Shown here in pieces: positions 18,789 to 26,692 of a stretch of 30,337 nt of DNA. The first letter of the stretch is position 1. Every line of letters starts with the position of its first letter. A model generated the notes under the pieces. It saw only the letters and a list, made by a program, of their open reading frames with translations, had not been told where the DNA came from and did no database searches. The stretch is taken from the IMG/VR virus record IMGVR_UViG_3300043414_000277, positions 1-30,337 of that record; one strand, written 5' to 3'. Both the position numbers and the translations under genes were made by a program. The DNA comes from a virus (Duplodnaviria > Caudoviricetes).

Positions 18789-20518
18789 TGGGTTTCCCTC
18801 CAGTTAGACCCAACCTTGTATTCCCCATCGAGAGGGCATCGTAGATTATACGCTAACCCCGCTTCTCTTATCGATTGTACACCAGCTTTACCAACTAGGT
18901 CAGCAATGTCTGCTTTACATTCTATTTGCCACTCATCGTGGACATTGACGACGAACTTAGCATCCCATTTGTTGCACTTTATTGTATCCGCTAAGATACA
19001 CAAAGCCTTCTTCATGACGATAGCACCGGCCCCTTGAAGCAAGCTATTGACTGCCGCATGTTCAGAGCGAACCCATATCTTGCGACCATCAAGCCCCGGT
19101 ACATAGCCCTCGCACGCATATGCGGATACTTTATTACGTAGACGCTGCAACGCGGGAGTCCCTTTAAGAAAGGCATCGATAAGTTTTTGACCAGCGGCAC
19201 TACTACCACCGACAATCGATCCAATCTTCGCAGGACCCGCCCCGTATAGAAACGCATATATGAACGTCTTTGCTTGGTCGCGTGTTTGTAAACCGGCTGC
19301 TTTCTGATTAACCGTGTGGACATCCGTGCCCTCTTTAGACGATCCCTCACAGACTGTTTTGACATACTCTTTATCCTTCATGTAATGAGCTAACATACGC
19401 AGCTCTAAGCCACTAGCGTCACATCCAACTAGGACGTTACCTTCCTCAACTGTCCAACACTGACGACACTCAGGGCCATAGGGTGAGCCTGAGTTAGGGA
19501 TCTGTGCCATGTTAGGCTTCATGTGCGTCATGCGTCCCGTTACAGCCCCGTTTGTGATCACCCTACCGTGTACCCTGCCGTCCTTACCTACAACTTCTAA
19601 CCACGATTCAATCTGAGCTATGCGTTTACCTAGCATCATGTACTCAGCGATGATGGCTGCTATGGGGTACTTCAAACCCATCAGCACTGCTTCATCAACG
19701 ATAGCCTGACCTTGTGGGTAGTTAGCTGTAGGCTCGGTGAACTTCTTAGGTTTCCATCCTAGTCCAATGAGCTTCTCAGCTATTTGTTGTCTAGAAGCTG
19801 GATTGAATACCACCACTTCAGGTTTGAGGATCTTCCCTGTCTTTTTAGAGATGCGCTCAACCTCATACGGTGGATAGAGATCTTGCATTTTGTCATTGAT
19901 GGCACTCATCTTCCCCTTGAGTTCAGATAGTAGACAAGTAGCGTGAACTACATCGAGCTTGAATCCATTCTTTTCCTGCTTATTTATGATAGCTGCTACT
20001 TGGTGTTCAAGTTCAATGCTTTCTTGAGAGAAGTTTTTATCTTCAACACAAGTTTCCAGATGAGTAAATAGATTCCGTAAAACGCTAACATCGCGTAGGC
20101 AATAATGCTCAAGCAAAGCATCAACGGGCGCATCAAAACACTCACCAGAATAAGCCTCTTCACGGTTCATCATCCACTGCCACGTTGCCTTGTAGTCCAG
20201 CTTTGCTACCCCTAGCGTTTTGCCCCATGCGTCCAAGCTGTGACCGTTCTCTCTCGTTGGCTCTAGTAGCCTTGACACTACGAGTGTGTCGTATGCTTGC
20301 CTCAGTCCAATCTTTGTCTTCCAGAGCCTGTTTAAGATCGGAAAGTCGAATGATAGACCGTTCTGGGCTGCGATCAACGTAGCGTCCTTTAAGTAATCCC
20401 AGAGTCCTGTTGCTGCTTTCCATTTACGTACTTCTCCTGTGTCAATGTCTTGTGTCACACATAGATGTATAACATCATGCGCCATGTTAGTCTCAATGTC
20501 GAGAGCAATGCGTTTCAT
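18785..20518 (-). CDS. polA: Family A DNA polymerase with 3'-5' exonuclease (T7 gp5-like)
   Basis: ExoI LDIET, ExoII NGLSFD, ExoIII YCLRD; motif A DASGLELR, motif B RDQAKTFIYAFLYG, motif C VHDE. Confidence 0.95.
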   Translation of the reverse strand: MKRIALDIETNMAHDVIHLCVTQDIDTGEVRKWKAATGLWDYLKDATLIAAQNGLSFDFPILNRLWKTKIGLRQAYDTLVVSRLLEPTRENGHSLDAWGKTLGVAKLDYKATWQWMMNREEAYSGECFDAPVDALLEHYCLRDVSVLRNLFTHLETCVEDKNFSQESIELEHQVAAIINKQEKNGFKLDVVHATCLLSELKGKMSAINDKMQDLYPPYEVERISKKTGKILKPEVVVFNPASRQQIAEKLIGLGWKPKKFTEPTANYPQGQAIVDEAVLMGLKYPIAAIIAEYMMLGKRIAQIESWLEVVGKDGRVHGRVITNGAVTGRMTHMKPNMAQIPNSGSPYGPECRQCWTVEEGNVLVGCDASGLELRMLAHYMKDKEYVKTVCEGSSKEGTDVHTVNQKAAGLQTRDQAKTFIYAFLYGAGPAKIGSIVGGSSAAGQKLIDAFLKGTPALQRLRNKVSAYACEGYVPGLDGRKIWVRSEHAAVNSLLQGAGAIVMKKALCILADTIKCNKWDAKFVVNVHDEWQIECKADIADLVGKAGVQSIREAGLAYNLRCPLDGEYKVGSNWRETH

Positions 20519-21279
20519 TTTAATTCTTGTTCAAGCCTAGTGTTTAACTTTTTCCAAGCAATTGCTGCACACAATGGGACTTGTCCGTTTCCAATGGCTT
20601 TAAGTCTGTCCACCCAATAGGCCATAGCATCAGCCCTTCGCTGAAAGTAGGATGTGGATAGCATTGTCCGTGTAACTGGAACTCCAACTTGAATACGTTT
20701 GGTAGGACTCTGTTGAATCCCTTCGGACGTTTCTGAGTCACCGTGTGTCCGTTGAAGTCTCTTGATGTTGGAGTGGGCAACAAGCCAGAATCGATCTCTT
20801 TTGTGCTGTGCGCCAACGGATCCTGCTGATAACACACCCCACTCCGCATCGTACCCCATCGAGGCCAGATCTTCAAGGACAACTTCAAGTCCTCGTCGAG
20901 GAAGCAAAGGGGAGTTTTCTGCAAAAACGTAAGTTGGTTGGACTTCTCCGATGATTCGAGCCATGTGTTTCCACATACTTGATCGTTCTCCTGTGATACC
21001 TTCTCCTTTTCCTGCTGAACTAATGTCTTGGCAAGGGAAGCCTCCAGATACAACGTCAACAATTCCTTTCCAAGGTTTTCCATCAAAGGTTTGAACGTCA
21101 TCCCAGATTGGGAAAGGCGAGAGAAGTCCGTCATTTTGTCGGGCGACAAGTATGCTTGCGGGATAGGGTTCCCATTCAACGGCGCAAACTGTGTTCCATC
21201 CGAGCAATTTTCCTCCGAGAATGCCTCCACCTGCTCCTGCAAATAAAGAGAGTTCATTAAGGCTTTGCTGATTAACCAT
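20515..21279 (-). CDS. DNA cytosine-C5 methyltransferase, main (alpha) polypeptide
   Basis: Motif I LFAGAGG, IV GGFPCQ, VI FAENS, VIII HKRDRFW, X RLKAIGNGQV; no motif IX in this frame; likely start ATG 21279. Confidence 0.9.
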   Translation of the reverse strand: MVNQQSLNELSLFAGAGGGILGGKLLGWNTVCAVEWEPYPASILVARQNDGLLSPFPIWDDVQTFDGKPWKGIVDVVSGGFPCQDISSAGKGEGITGERSSMWKHMARIIGEVQPTYVFAENSPLLPRRGLEVVLEDLASMGYDAEWGVLSAGSVGAQHKRDRFWLVAHSNIKRLQRTHGDSETSEGIQQSPTKRIQVGVPVTRTMLSTSYFQRRADAMAYWVDRLKAIGNGQVPLCAAIAWKKLNTRLEQELK

Positions 21280-21284
21280 GACAT
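20544..21284 (-). CDS. Overlapping-frame methyltransferase beta polypeptide carrying motif IX
   Basis: 246-codon open alternate frame on the same strand; LLPTPT and HPTFSEGLMLWPIGWTD (motif IX-like); architecture as in M.EcoHK31I. Confidence 0.75.
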   Translation of the reverse strand: MSWLISKALMNSLYLQEQVEAFSEENCSDGTQFAPLNGNPIPQAYLSPDKMTDFSRLSQSGMTFKPLMENLGKELLTLYLEASLAKTLVQQEKEKVSQENDQVCGNTWLESSEKSNQLTFLQKTPLCFLDEDLKLSLKIWPRWGTMRSGVCYQQDPLAHSTKEIDSGLLPTPTSRDFNGHTVTQKRPKGFNRVLPNVFKLEFQLHGQCYPHPTFSEGLMLWPIGWTDLKPLETDKSHCVQQLLGKS

Positions 21285-21293
21285 TTTGTACCT

Positions 21294-21440
21294 TCACTTT
21301 AGATTTAAGAATAAGCCGATCTGGGCAAACGAGTATCCTATCCACATGATACCAGCACCCATGTCACCCTTGAGCCATTGTAGTGTCCCAACAATAGCGT
21401 AGCCAATGCCGATAGTCCCTACGATAATCATCTCAATCAT
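21294..21440 (-). CDS. Small two-TM membrane protein (48 aa, not in ORF track)
   Basis: Hand-translated MIEMIIVGTIGIGYAIVGTLQWLKGDMGAGIMWIGYSFAQIGLFLNLK; SD GAGGAG. Confidence 0.7.
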   Translation of the reverse strand: MIEMIIVGTIGIGYAIVGTLQWLKGDMGAGIMWIGYSFAQIGLFLNLK

Positions 21441-21607
21441 GTGATCTCCTCAAATGTAGGGTGCTGTAATTGACGAGCATAAAAATGAGCACGTTCATAG
21501 GCGTCATCGTGAATAAAACAAGCTTCGTTACGCCAATTAAACTGCCACCAACATTTGCTTTGAACCCACCAAACCTTGTTTGGATCCATCCATAGTCGGA
21601 TTCTCAT
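21437..21607 (-). CDS. Trp-rich hypothetical protein (56 aa, not in ORF track)
   Basis: Hand-translated MRIRLWMDPNKVWWVQSKCWWQFNWRNEACF...; ATGA overlaps at both ends; SD GGAGG. Confidence 0.65.
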   Translation of the reverse strand: MRIRLWMDPNKVWWVQSKCWWQFNWRNEACFIHDDAYERAHFYARQLQHPTFEEIT

Positions 21608-23220
21608 AGTGCCTCCAGAGTAACTTCAACCATACGTCCAGTGTTCATGTCGTACTTCAATGAGCAAGCGGGGCCAGTTAAACCGTTGTAGCGATTCTTA
21701 GCCACTGCTACCTTAGTAGTGTGACGTATCTCAGGGTCTTGGCTCATGGAGTTACGCTCCAAGGTGATAACAGCATCAGACAACTGAGCAATAGCACCTG
21801 AGCCTCGTAGTTGAGACAACGATACAGCCTCACCGTCCTCATGTCCCTTATTCGATGTGCTAGGACGCTTCAGGTGCGATACGCAGATCAAGGTAATACC
21901 AGTCTCCTGCACCAATGTACGAAGACGAGTCATCAAGACATCAATAGACTTACGCTCATCGTTACCATCCATACCAGAGACAACAAGAGAAATATGGTCG
22001 AGAAAAACCACGCGACAATCACAGGCACGAGCCATGTATCGAATGCGATTAAGGACGTTGTCAATAGCCAGAGAGCCAAAATGGTCAAACAAGAATACAC
22101 GATTAGTACCGAGAGTAGCATCGAAAGCCTCCTTCAATTCTTGTTCAGTGACTTCTGTGTCTGGCAGATGAAGTTTTTTGTTTGCGTGTAAGGACATAAT
22201 TGACCTTGCGGTTTTTCGCACTGACTCCTCCAAGAACATTCCTCCAATATTCCACTTTGTAGTTTCGAGTATTCGATAGAGGATTTCACGGAGAAACTGG
22301 GACTTACCAAGACCACTTCCAGCCGTGACGGTGATGAGTTCCGCTGATCGCAAACCATACAAGAGATCGTTGAGTCCTTTGAAGGGGTAGAAGGCTTCTG
22401 CAACGGGTTCAGGTGTAGATACGCTGTCCCACAACGTAGAGGCTTGGATGATGCCGTCTGGTACGTAACTCTCAGCTCTCCACCATTGGTTAACGTATTC
22501 AGTTGACTTTCCCTCAGATAGATAGTCGCTTGCATCCTTGTACCCTTTCAAATGTTTAACTATTTTAACCTTATTCCCGAACAACTCAGCAACTTCCCTA
22601 GCCGCCTTCTGTCCGGGTTCATCACCATCGAAGCAGATCACGATAGTCTCGAAGCTATCTAGATACTCATACTGAGCCTTGCAGTCTTTAACAGCCGCTG
22701 CAGCCCCGTTACGGATGCTCACAGTAGGCCACTTGCTGCCTGTCATCTGATACGAAGCCAATGCGTCTAGCTCACCCTCGACAATGGTAATGTACTTACC
22801 CTCTTTTTGAAACATTGATTGCCCGAACAGAGTAGCCTTGTTGAAGTTCCCTGCGATGGAGAATGTTTTGTTCTCTACTGTGCGAATCTTCTCAGCTACC
22901 TTCAAGCCTGACTCATCAAAGTAAGGATAGTAGTGTTTACCTGTCTCCTGTGTCACACCGAAGAACTCGCATGTATCTTTTAGGATACCCCTGTCAACTA
23001 TGGCCTTCACTTCCCCTTGTGTCTTCATCTGAAATACCTTTGTTATGTGTCGTTTTTCTACAACATTATCGACATGATCGCCTGATGTGTACACATGGCA
23101 GACATGACAGTATTGATGACCATCATCGTACAAGGACGAGCCATCTGAGCTGCCACAAGCCTCACATGGGCAATGCTTGATGAACTTAGAAGCAACCTTC
23201 AAAGCGTTGTTAAATGTCAC
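21604..23220 (-). CDS. Primase-helicase (T7 gp4-like)
   Basis: Zn domain CEACGSSD...CHVC; TOPRIM EGELDAL and FDGDEPG; Walker A AGSGLGKS, FLDHIS, SHLKR, LRGSGAIAQLSD, KNRYNG. Confidence 0.95.
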   Translation of the reverse strand: MTFNNALKVASKFIKHCPCEACGSSDGSSLYDDGHQYCHVCHVYTSGDHVDNVVEKRHITKVFQMKTQGEVKAIVDRGILKDTCEFFGVTQETGKHYYPYFDESGLKVAEKIRTVENKTFSIAGNFNKATLFGQSMFQKEGKYITIVEGELDALASYQMTGSKWPTVSIRNGAAAAVKDCKAQYEYLDSFETIVICFDGDEPGQKAAREVAELFGNKVKIVKHLKGYKDASDYLSEGKSTEYVNQWWRAESYVPDGIIQASTLWDSVSTPEPVAEAFYPFKGLNDLLYGLRSAELITVTAGSGLGKSQFLREILYRILETTKWNIGGMFLEESVRKTARSIMSLHANKKLHLPDTEVTEQELKEAFDATLGTNRVFLFDHFGSLAIDNVLNRIRYMARACDCRVVFLDHISLVVSGMDGNDERKSIDVLMTRLRTLVQETGITLICVSHLKRPSTSNKGHEDGEAVSLSQLRGSGAIAQLSDAVITLERNSMSQDPEIRHTTKVAVAKNRYNGLTGPACSLKYDMNTGRMVEVTLEAL

Positions 23221-23374
23221 TTTCTAGCTCCGGTATTGCACCGCAGTAGTCACACTTCGCGTAGTTCCAATGAGGCGCTGAGTACATAGGTCCACCACAT
23301 ACGTCACAAGTCCACTCTTGATCGTCATCATTGTGTCGCTCATCATTGAAGCACTCATCATCATCTAATTCCAT
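23210..23374 (-). CDS. Small acidic zinc-ribbon protein (54 aa, not in ORF track)
   Basis: Hand-translated MELDDDECFNDERHNDDDQEWTCDVCGGPMYSAPHWNYAKCDYCGAIPELESDI with two CxxC pairs; SD AAGGAG. Confidence 0.7.
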   Translation of the reverse strand: MELDDDECFNDERHNDDDQEWTCDVCGGPMYSAPHWNYAKCDYCGAIPELESDI

Positions 23375-23534
23375 TTGGGAACTCCTTCTTTGGCAGATTC
23401 TGCCTGTTTAACCATTGTTCAAATTTAGCGTCTGTCTCACTAGGTAGCGGTCTCTTTTTCTTGTGATGAGAGCGCTTAGGCGACACTGGTTCCCACTTGG
23501 GCCACGGTGCATTAGGTGCAAGTACTGTTTTCAT
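23361..23534 (-). CDS. Hypothetical basic protein
   Basis: Start MKTVLAPNAPWP at 23534; SD AAAGGT. Confidence 0.55.
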   Translation of the reverse strand: MKTVLAPNAPWPKWEPVSPKRSHHKKKRPLPSETDAKFEQWLNRQNLPKKEFPNGIR

Positions 23535-23594
23535 TTGAGGGCCACCTTTATCAGAGTTAAGACAAACACACATAGTGCCATGATCATGATTGTG

Positions 23595-23822
23595 TCACCA
23601 TGCCTTCTCAAATATTGCATTCTTTAAATCCCTATTAACTTTATCCCATCCGTACAAGACAATAAGCTCAACGAATTCGTGAAGTGTGTGATGATAATGT
23701 GCTTCTTCTTGCATCATTATCTGTTCTTCATGCTCATTAAAGGCTTGATCCGGTCTTGTTGCGTTGCTCATTAGAGTCTCATCTCTAACTTCTTGATCAA
23801 CTTCGACATTAGAATCTTTCAT
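23595..23822 (-). CDS. Hypothetical acidic protein
   Basis: SD AAGGGGA; 75 aa. Confidence 0.6.
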   Translation of the reverse strand: MKDSNVEVDQEVRDETLMSNATRPDQAFNEHEEQIMMQEEAHYHHTLHEFVELIVLYGWDKVNRDLKNAIFEKAW

Positions 23823-23894
23823 GTTATCCCCTTAATACTTTAAAGTAGTTTTAATGATATAGACAATAAAGTAGTATTTTACTTTAATGTACCT

Positions 23895-24170
23895 TTAATG
23901 TTCTTCATGTTCATCATCATAGTCTCTATAGCTCTCTATAGTATCTATAATGAGGTCATGAAAACCTGTAGAATCCCCTGAGTCCAGATTGTCATCTTCA
24001 TCGGTGTCAAAGTCCTGTTCTGTCATCAATGATCGATTGTCAATTGTGGGGATGATTGTCTTCACATCTTCAAAACAAACTTTACATAAGTCCAAGAACT
24101 GAAATGTAATGGCATGTTTACGTGTCGCTTCAAAATCAGATAGCAGACGATCGCAGTTTACGCAGTGCAT
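23895..24170 (-). CDS. Zinc-finger protein with acidic tail
   Basis: CVNC...DLCKVC; SD GAGG. Confidence 0.7.
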   Translation of the reverse strand: MHCVNCDRLLSDFEATRKHAITFQFLDLCKVCFEDVKTIIPTIDNRSLMTEQDFDTDEDDNLDSGDSTGFHDLIIDTIESYRDYDDEHEEH

Positions 24171-24228
24171 TTATAGCCTCTTTCATGGTTCACCCTAGTC
24201 AGGGTATTGATTTGTTAAAATAATGCCT

Positions 24229-24363
24229 TTAAAGCCCCATTAAAGGGCTCTCAGGCACATTGTCGAGTTGTTCATCTAACCACTTCCTATGGTCTTCAGG
24301 TGTCCAAGGTGTCAAAGGGTTATCTTCAGACGGGAAAGGCCACGTGTGTTGTATTTTTACCAC
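24229..24363 (-). CDS. Small hypothetical protein (44 aa, not in ORF track)
   Basis: GTG start with SD GGAGG; (M)VKIQHTWPFPSEDNPLTPWTPEDHRKWLDEQLDNVPESPLMGL. Confidence 0.5.
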   Translation of the reverse strand: MVKIQHTWPFPSEDNPLTPWTPEDHRKWLDEQLDNVPESPLMGL

Positions 24364-24412
24364 AAGTCCTCCGCGATGATGTAGTCCACAATGTAGCCAA
24401 TGATAATGATTG

Positions 24413-24655
24413 TCATTTAGGACTCCACTTTAAAGATGGAAAGCCCTCTAAAGGGTGTTTACCTTCAAAATAGGCATCTTGCAACATAGTCGAACCCTCA
24501 TCTTCAAGATCGACATAAATGGTCATATCCGCGTAATTGTGCCTCTCATAGGCAATGTCATAGGCAATAGCCTCCGATTCAGCCTCTACAGTGTAGTCAC
24601 TATGGTAATTCCCTCTAGTGTCTTCAACGTATACATTATATGTTTTTAGCGTCAT
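24413..24655 (-). CDS. Hypothetical early protein
   Basis: ATGA coupling; YTVEAESEAIA motif. Confidence 0.65.
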   Translation of the reverse strand: MTLKTYNVYVEDTRGNYHSDYTVEAESEAIAYDIAYERHNYADMTIYVDLEDEGSTMLQDAYFEGKHPLEGFPSLKWSPK

Positions 24656-24906
24656 TCTTTCACCCCTAAGTCAAAAGTTAAATTGTCGATTGAATCACAA
24701 AATTCGTCCCATTCTTTAAAGAATTCGAGACCGTCATCGTCAGTAGCGCATTCGTTGATAAATGGTGAGTACTTTTGCATTACCTTTTTAGTCTGAGACA
24801 ATAGGAACAGCAGTTCGTCCCGTGTAGAGACTAATTCGTCACACAATGGGTTTCCCTCAGCCCACAATCGTCGTTCAAGGCTTATAAATTCTTGATTGTT
24901 TAGCAT
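24652..24906 (-). CDS. Hypothetical early protein
   Basis: SD GGAG; in a tightly packed operon. Confidence 0.65.
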   Translation of the reverse strand: MLNNQEFISLERRLWAEGNPLCDELVSTRDELLFLLSQTKKVMQKYSPFINECATDDDGLEFFKEWDEFCDSIDNLTFDLGVKE

Positions 24907-25097
24907 GGTTTAGTCTCCAATTTAACAGAACAGATTAAAAGACTAGGGTATTTTTCCCTATCGCGATAGGCAAATGCATAATTTACAATCTTGCGTATGC
25001 TGCCACGCCTTGAAAGTAAGCCCATAGCAACAGCAGACGTTTTATACCCTTCTTTGCGGCCCACAATGGCCCCAGTACAGTCCCGAATGATATACAT
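24900..25097 (-). CDS. Hypothetical early protein
   Basis: SD AAGGGG; MYIIRDCTG...VG...GY. Confidence 0.6.
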   Translation of the reverse strand: MYIIRDCTGAIVGRKEGYKTSAVAMGLLSRRGSIRKIVNYAFAYRDREKYPSLLICSVKLETKPC

Positions 25098-25100
25098 GGT

Positions 25101-25475
25101 TTATCCCCTTATGTGAATGATTTCAAAGTGATCACGCATGAACGTCTGCGCATCCAATTCGTCACGCGCTACTAAGCCCCCTAAAATGGCATTGTATACG
25201 TCACGCTTTGAGTGATAATAGCCCGCGTGTTCGTCTCCATCACGGAAATTGCGCCATTGATTTTGCCGGTAATTGCGTTCAATGTCACGTTTAAGTGAAT
25301 GCGTTCGATAATGTGCAATAAACCCGTGCAAATTGTAATGTGCGATAAAGCCTGAGCATAGGTATAAATACTTATAACCCGTGCTGTTAAGCTTTTCAAT
25401 ATCAGTGCATGCCTTAAGCACGTTTGAGACAATTAAGGCCTTCTGACGTGCTGTTAGTGGTTCAATATTAGCCAT
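25101..25475 (-). CDS. Hypothetical early protein
   Basis: SD AAAGGA within the ACTTGCAAAGG leader motif. Confidence 0.7.
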   Translation of the reverse strand: MANIEPLTARQKALIVSNVLKACTDIEKLNSTGYKYLYLCSGFIAHYNLHGFIAHYRTHSLKRDIERNYRQNQWRNFRDGDEHAGYYHSKRDVYNAILGGLVARDELDAQTFMRDHFEIIHIRG

Positions 25476-25569
25476 TTGCGTATCCTTTGCAAGTAATGAT
25501 GCGACAGTGCATCCATAAAGGCCCGTTTAAAGGCCTTTAAAGCGGCATTGTAGGCGCTAATTTACTGAG

Positions 25570-25716
25570 TCAATACCGTGCTAACCATTCAGCCTCGATT
25601 AGCCCGTATGATCCCGATTGTTTTAATTCAGCGACGAAACTTTGATATTCCCAAGATGAAACCTTGTAAATTTCAATATGCTTTGACTTTAAATTGTGAG
25701 CTTGTATGCGATACAT
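25570..25716 (-). CDS. Hypothetical early protein
   Basis: Start MYRIQAHN at 25716; SD AAGGGA. Confidence 0.55.
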   Translation of the reverse strand: MYRIQAHNLKSKHIEIYKVSSWEYQSFVAELKQSGSYGLIEAEWLARY

Positions 25717-25726
25717 GGTGATCCCT

Positions 25727-26374
25727 TCATGCTGCTTTGATGATGCGAATAACTTTGGCCATTTTGACTCCGTGCGCTGCATAGGCAATTAATGGCACTG
25801 ACTTATCCCAACAAGCACGGCAACCTGAGCACTTACCGCCATTCTCGTATGCACGGCAAAGCTCCATTAAATCGGTTGCATCGTCACTTGTTGGGACAAT
25901 GACGGATCCGTGCAAGCCTTCGACGTATTGACCCGTCACTGAGTCACTTGAAAAGCGAACCGATACATTGTCGAGGCTTTGCATTGTAGTTAAGACAGTG
26001 CGAAACTTAGGGAATTTATGCATACGAGTTGGCAACCAGTGCTTGCACCATGGTGTCCGCTGCATAACCTCTAGAATTTTCTCAGCGAGTGCTGCTGAGT
26101 ATACATCCCCTGAATCGAACCAGCGGAAATAACGACTATCTTGCAGAGCTTGCACCATATCGTCGCACCATTCTAGGCGCTGCCAGTCAAGCTTGTTGTG
26201 AGCGCGTGGAGCTTTGACGTTTGGATAATTGTAGTTGCCTGTCGTGGCATAGCATCCTTTGCATGCGTCGACTAAAACACCATTTTCAATTGATGCTGGA
26301 CACGTTTCGAGTGCTTGTAAGCTCCATGACTTGATACCGTCGAGCTTTGATGTAACGCTGATTTTTACTGACAT
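25727..26374 (-). CDS. Gene product 88 (GP88)-family Cys-rich protein
   Basis: TCP...CKGCYA, FRWFDSGD, HWLPTR, VRFS and C-terminal C...CSGCRAC; start ATG 26374. Confidence 0.75.
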   Translation of the reverse strand: MSVKISVTSKLDGIKSWSLQALETCPASIENGVLVDACKGCYATTGNYNYPNVKAPRAHNKLDWQRLEWCDDMVQALQDSRYFRWFDSGDVYSAALAEKILEVMQRTPWCKHWLPTRMHKFPKFRTVLTTMQSLDNVSVRFSSDSVTGQYVEGLHGSVIVPTSDDATDLMELCRAYENGGKCSGCRACWDKSVPLIAYAAHGVKMAKVIRIIKAA

Positions 26375-26407
26375 AGTGCTGAACCTTTGCAAGTGAGTGA
26401 GTGTTTA

Positions 26408-26485
26408 TTATAGTGTCAACCAGATAACCAAAATGGCCACTGCATAAAGACAATACAGAATTTTATCAATGAGTGTATTTTGCAT
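26408..26485 (-). CDS. Small single-TM peptide (25 aa, not in ORF track)
   Basis: MQNTLIDKILYCLYAVAILVIWLTL; SD GGAG. Confidence 0.5.
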   Translation of the reverse strand: MQNTLIDKILYCLYAVAILVIWLTL

Positions 26486-26497
26486 GATGTGCTCCAA

Positions 26498-26692
26498 TTA
26501 AGTAAGATCAACTACAAAATTACAATCTTCGTAACTGACGCTGATAACGTCACCAGCAGTTAAAAAGTCAACGATCGCTATAAAACCAGCAGCGTCGATA
26601 TTGAGTTGAGTATCGGCCCAAGTTGCTACGCTGAAGAGGCTGCATGGTGCGGATGCTTCGATGTGTGTACGAATGTGCTCTAAGTTACTCAT
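26498..26692 (-). CDS. First early gene, hypothetical
   Basis: Start ATG 26692 after the AAAGGA SD; immediately downstream of the sigma54 promoter. Confidence 0.6.
   Translation of the reverse strand: MSNLEHIRTHIEASAPCSLFSVATWADTQLNIDAAGFIAIVDFLTAGDVISVSYEDCNFVVDLT

Noticed and set aside
21280-21345. N-terminal extension of the MTase given by the ORF track
   Set aside because: Overlaps a better-supported 48-aa membrane gene; the start at 21279 has an SD and sits just before motif I
13151-23180. Plus-strand and alternate-frame ORFs inside nrdJ, polA and the primase-helicase (e.g. 14435-14785, 19012-19365, 22134-22535)
   Set aside because: Unlike the MTase beta frame they are short relative to the host gene and carry no recognisable motif
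26407-26419. TTGACACTATAAT on the minus strand
   Set aside because: The two hexamers are only 1 bp apart and no -35 lies at proper spacing; it falls at the end of a small ORF
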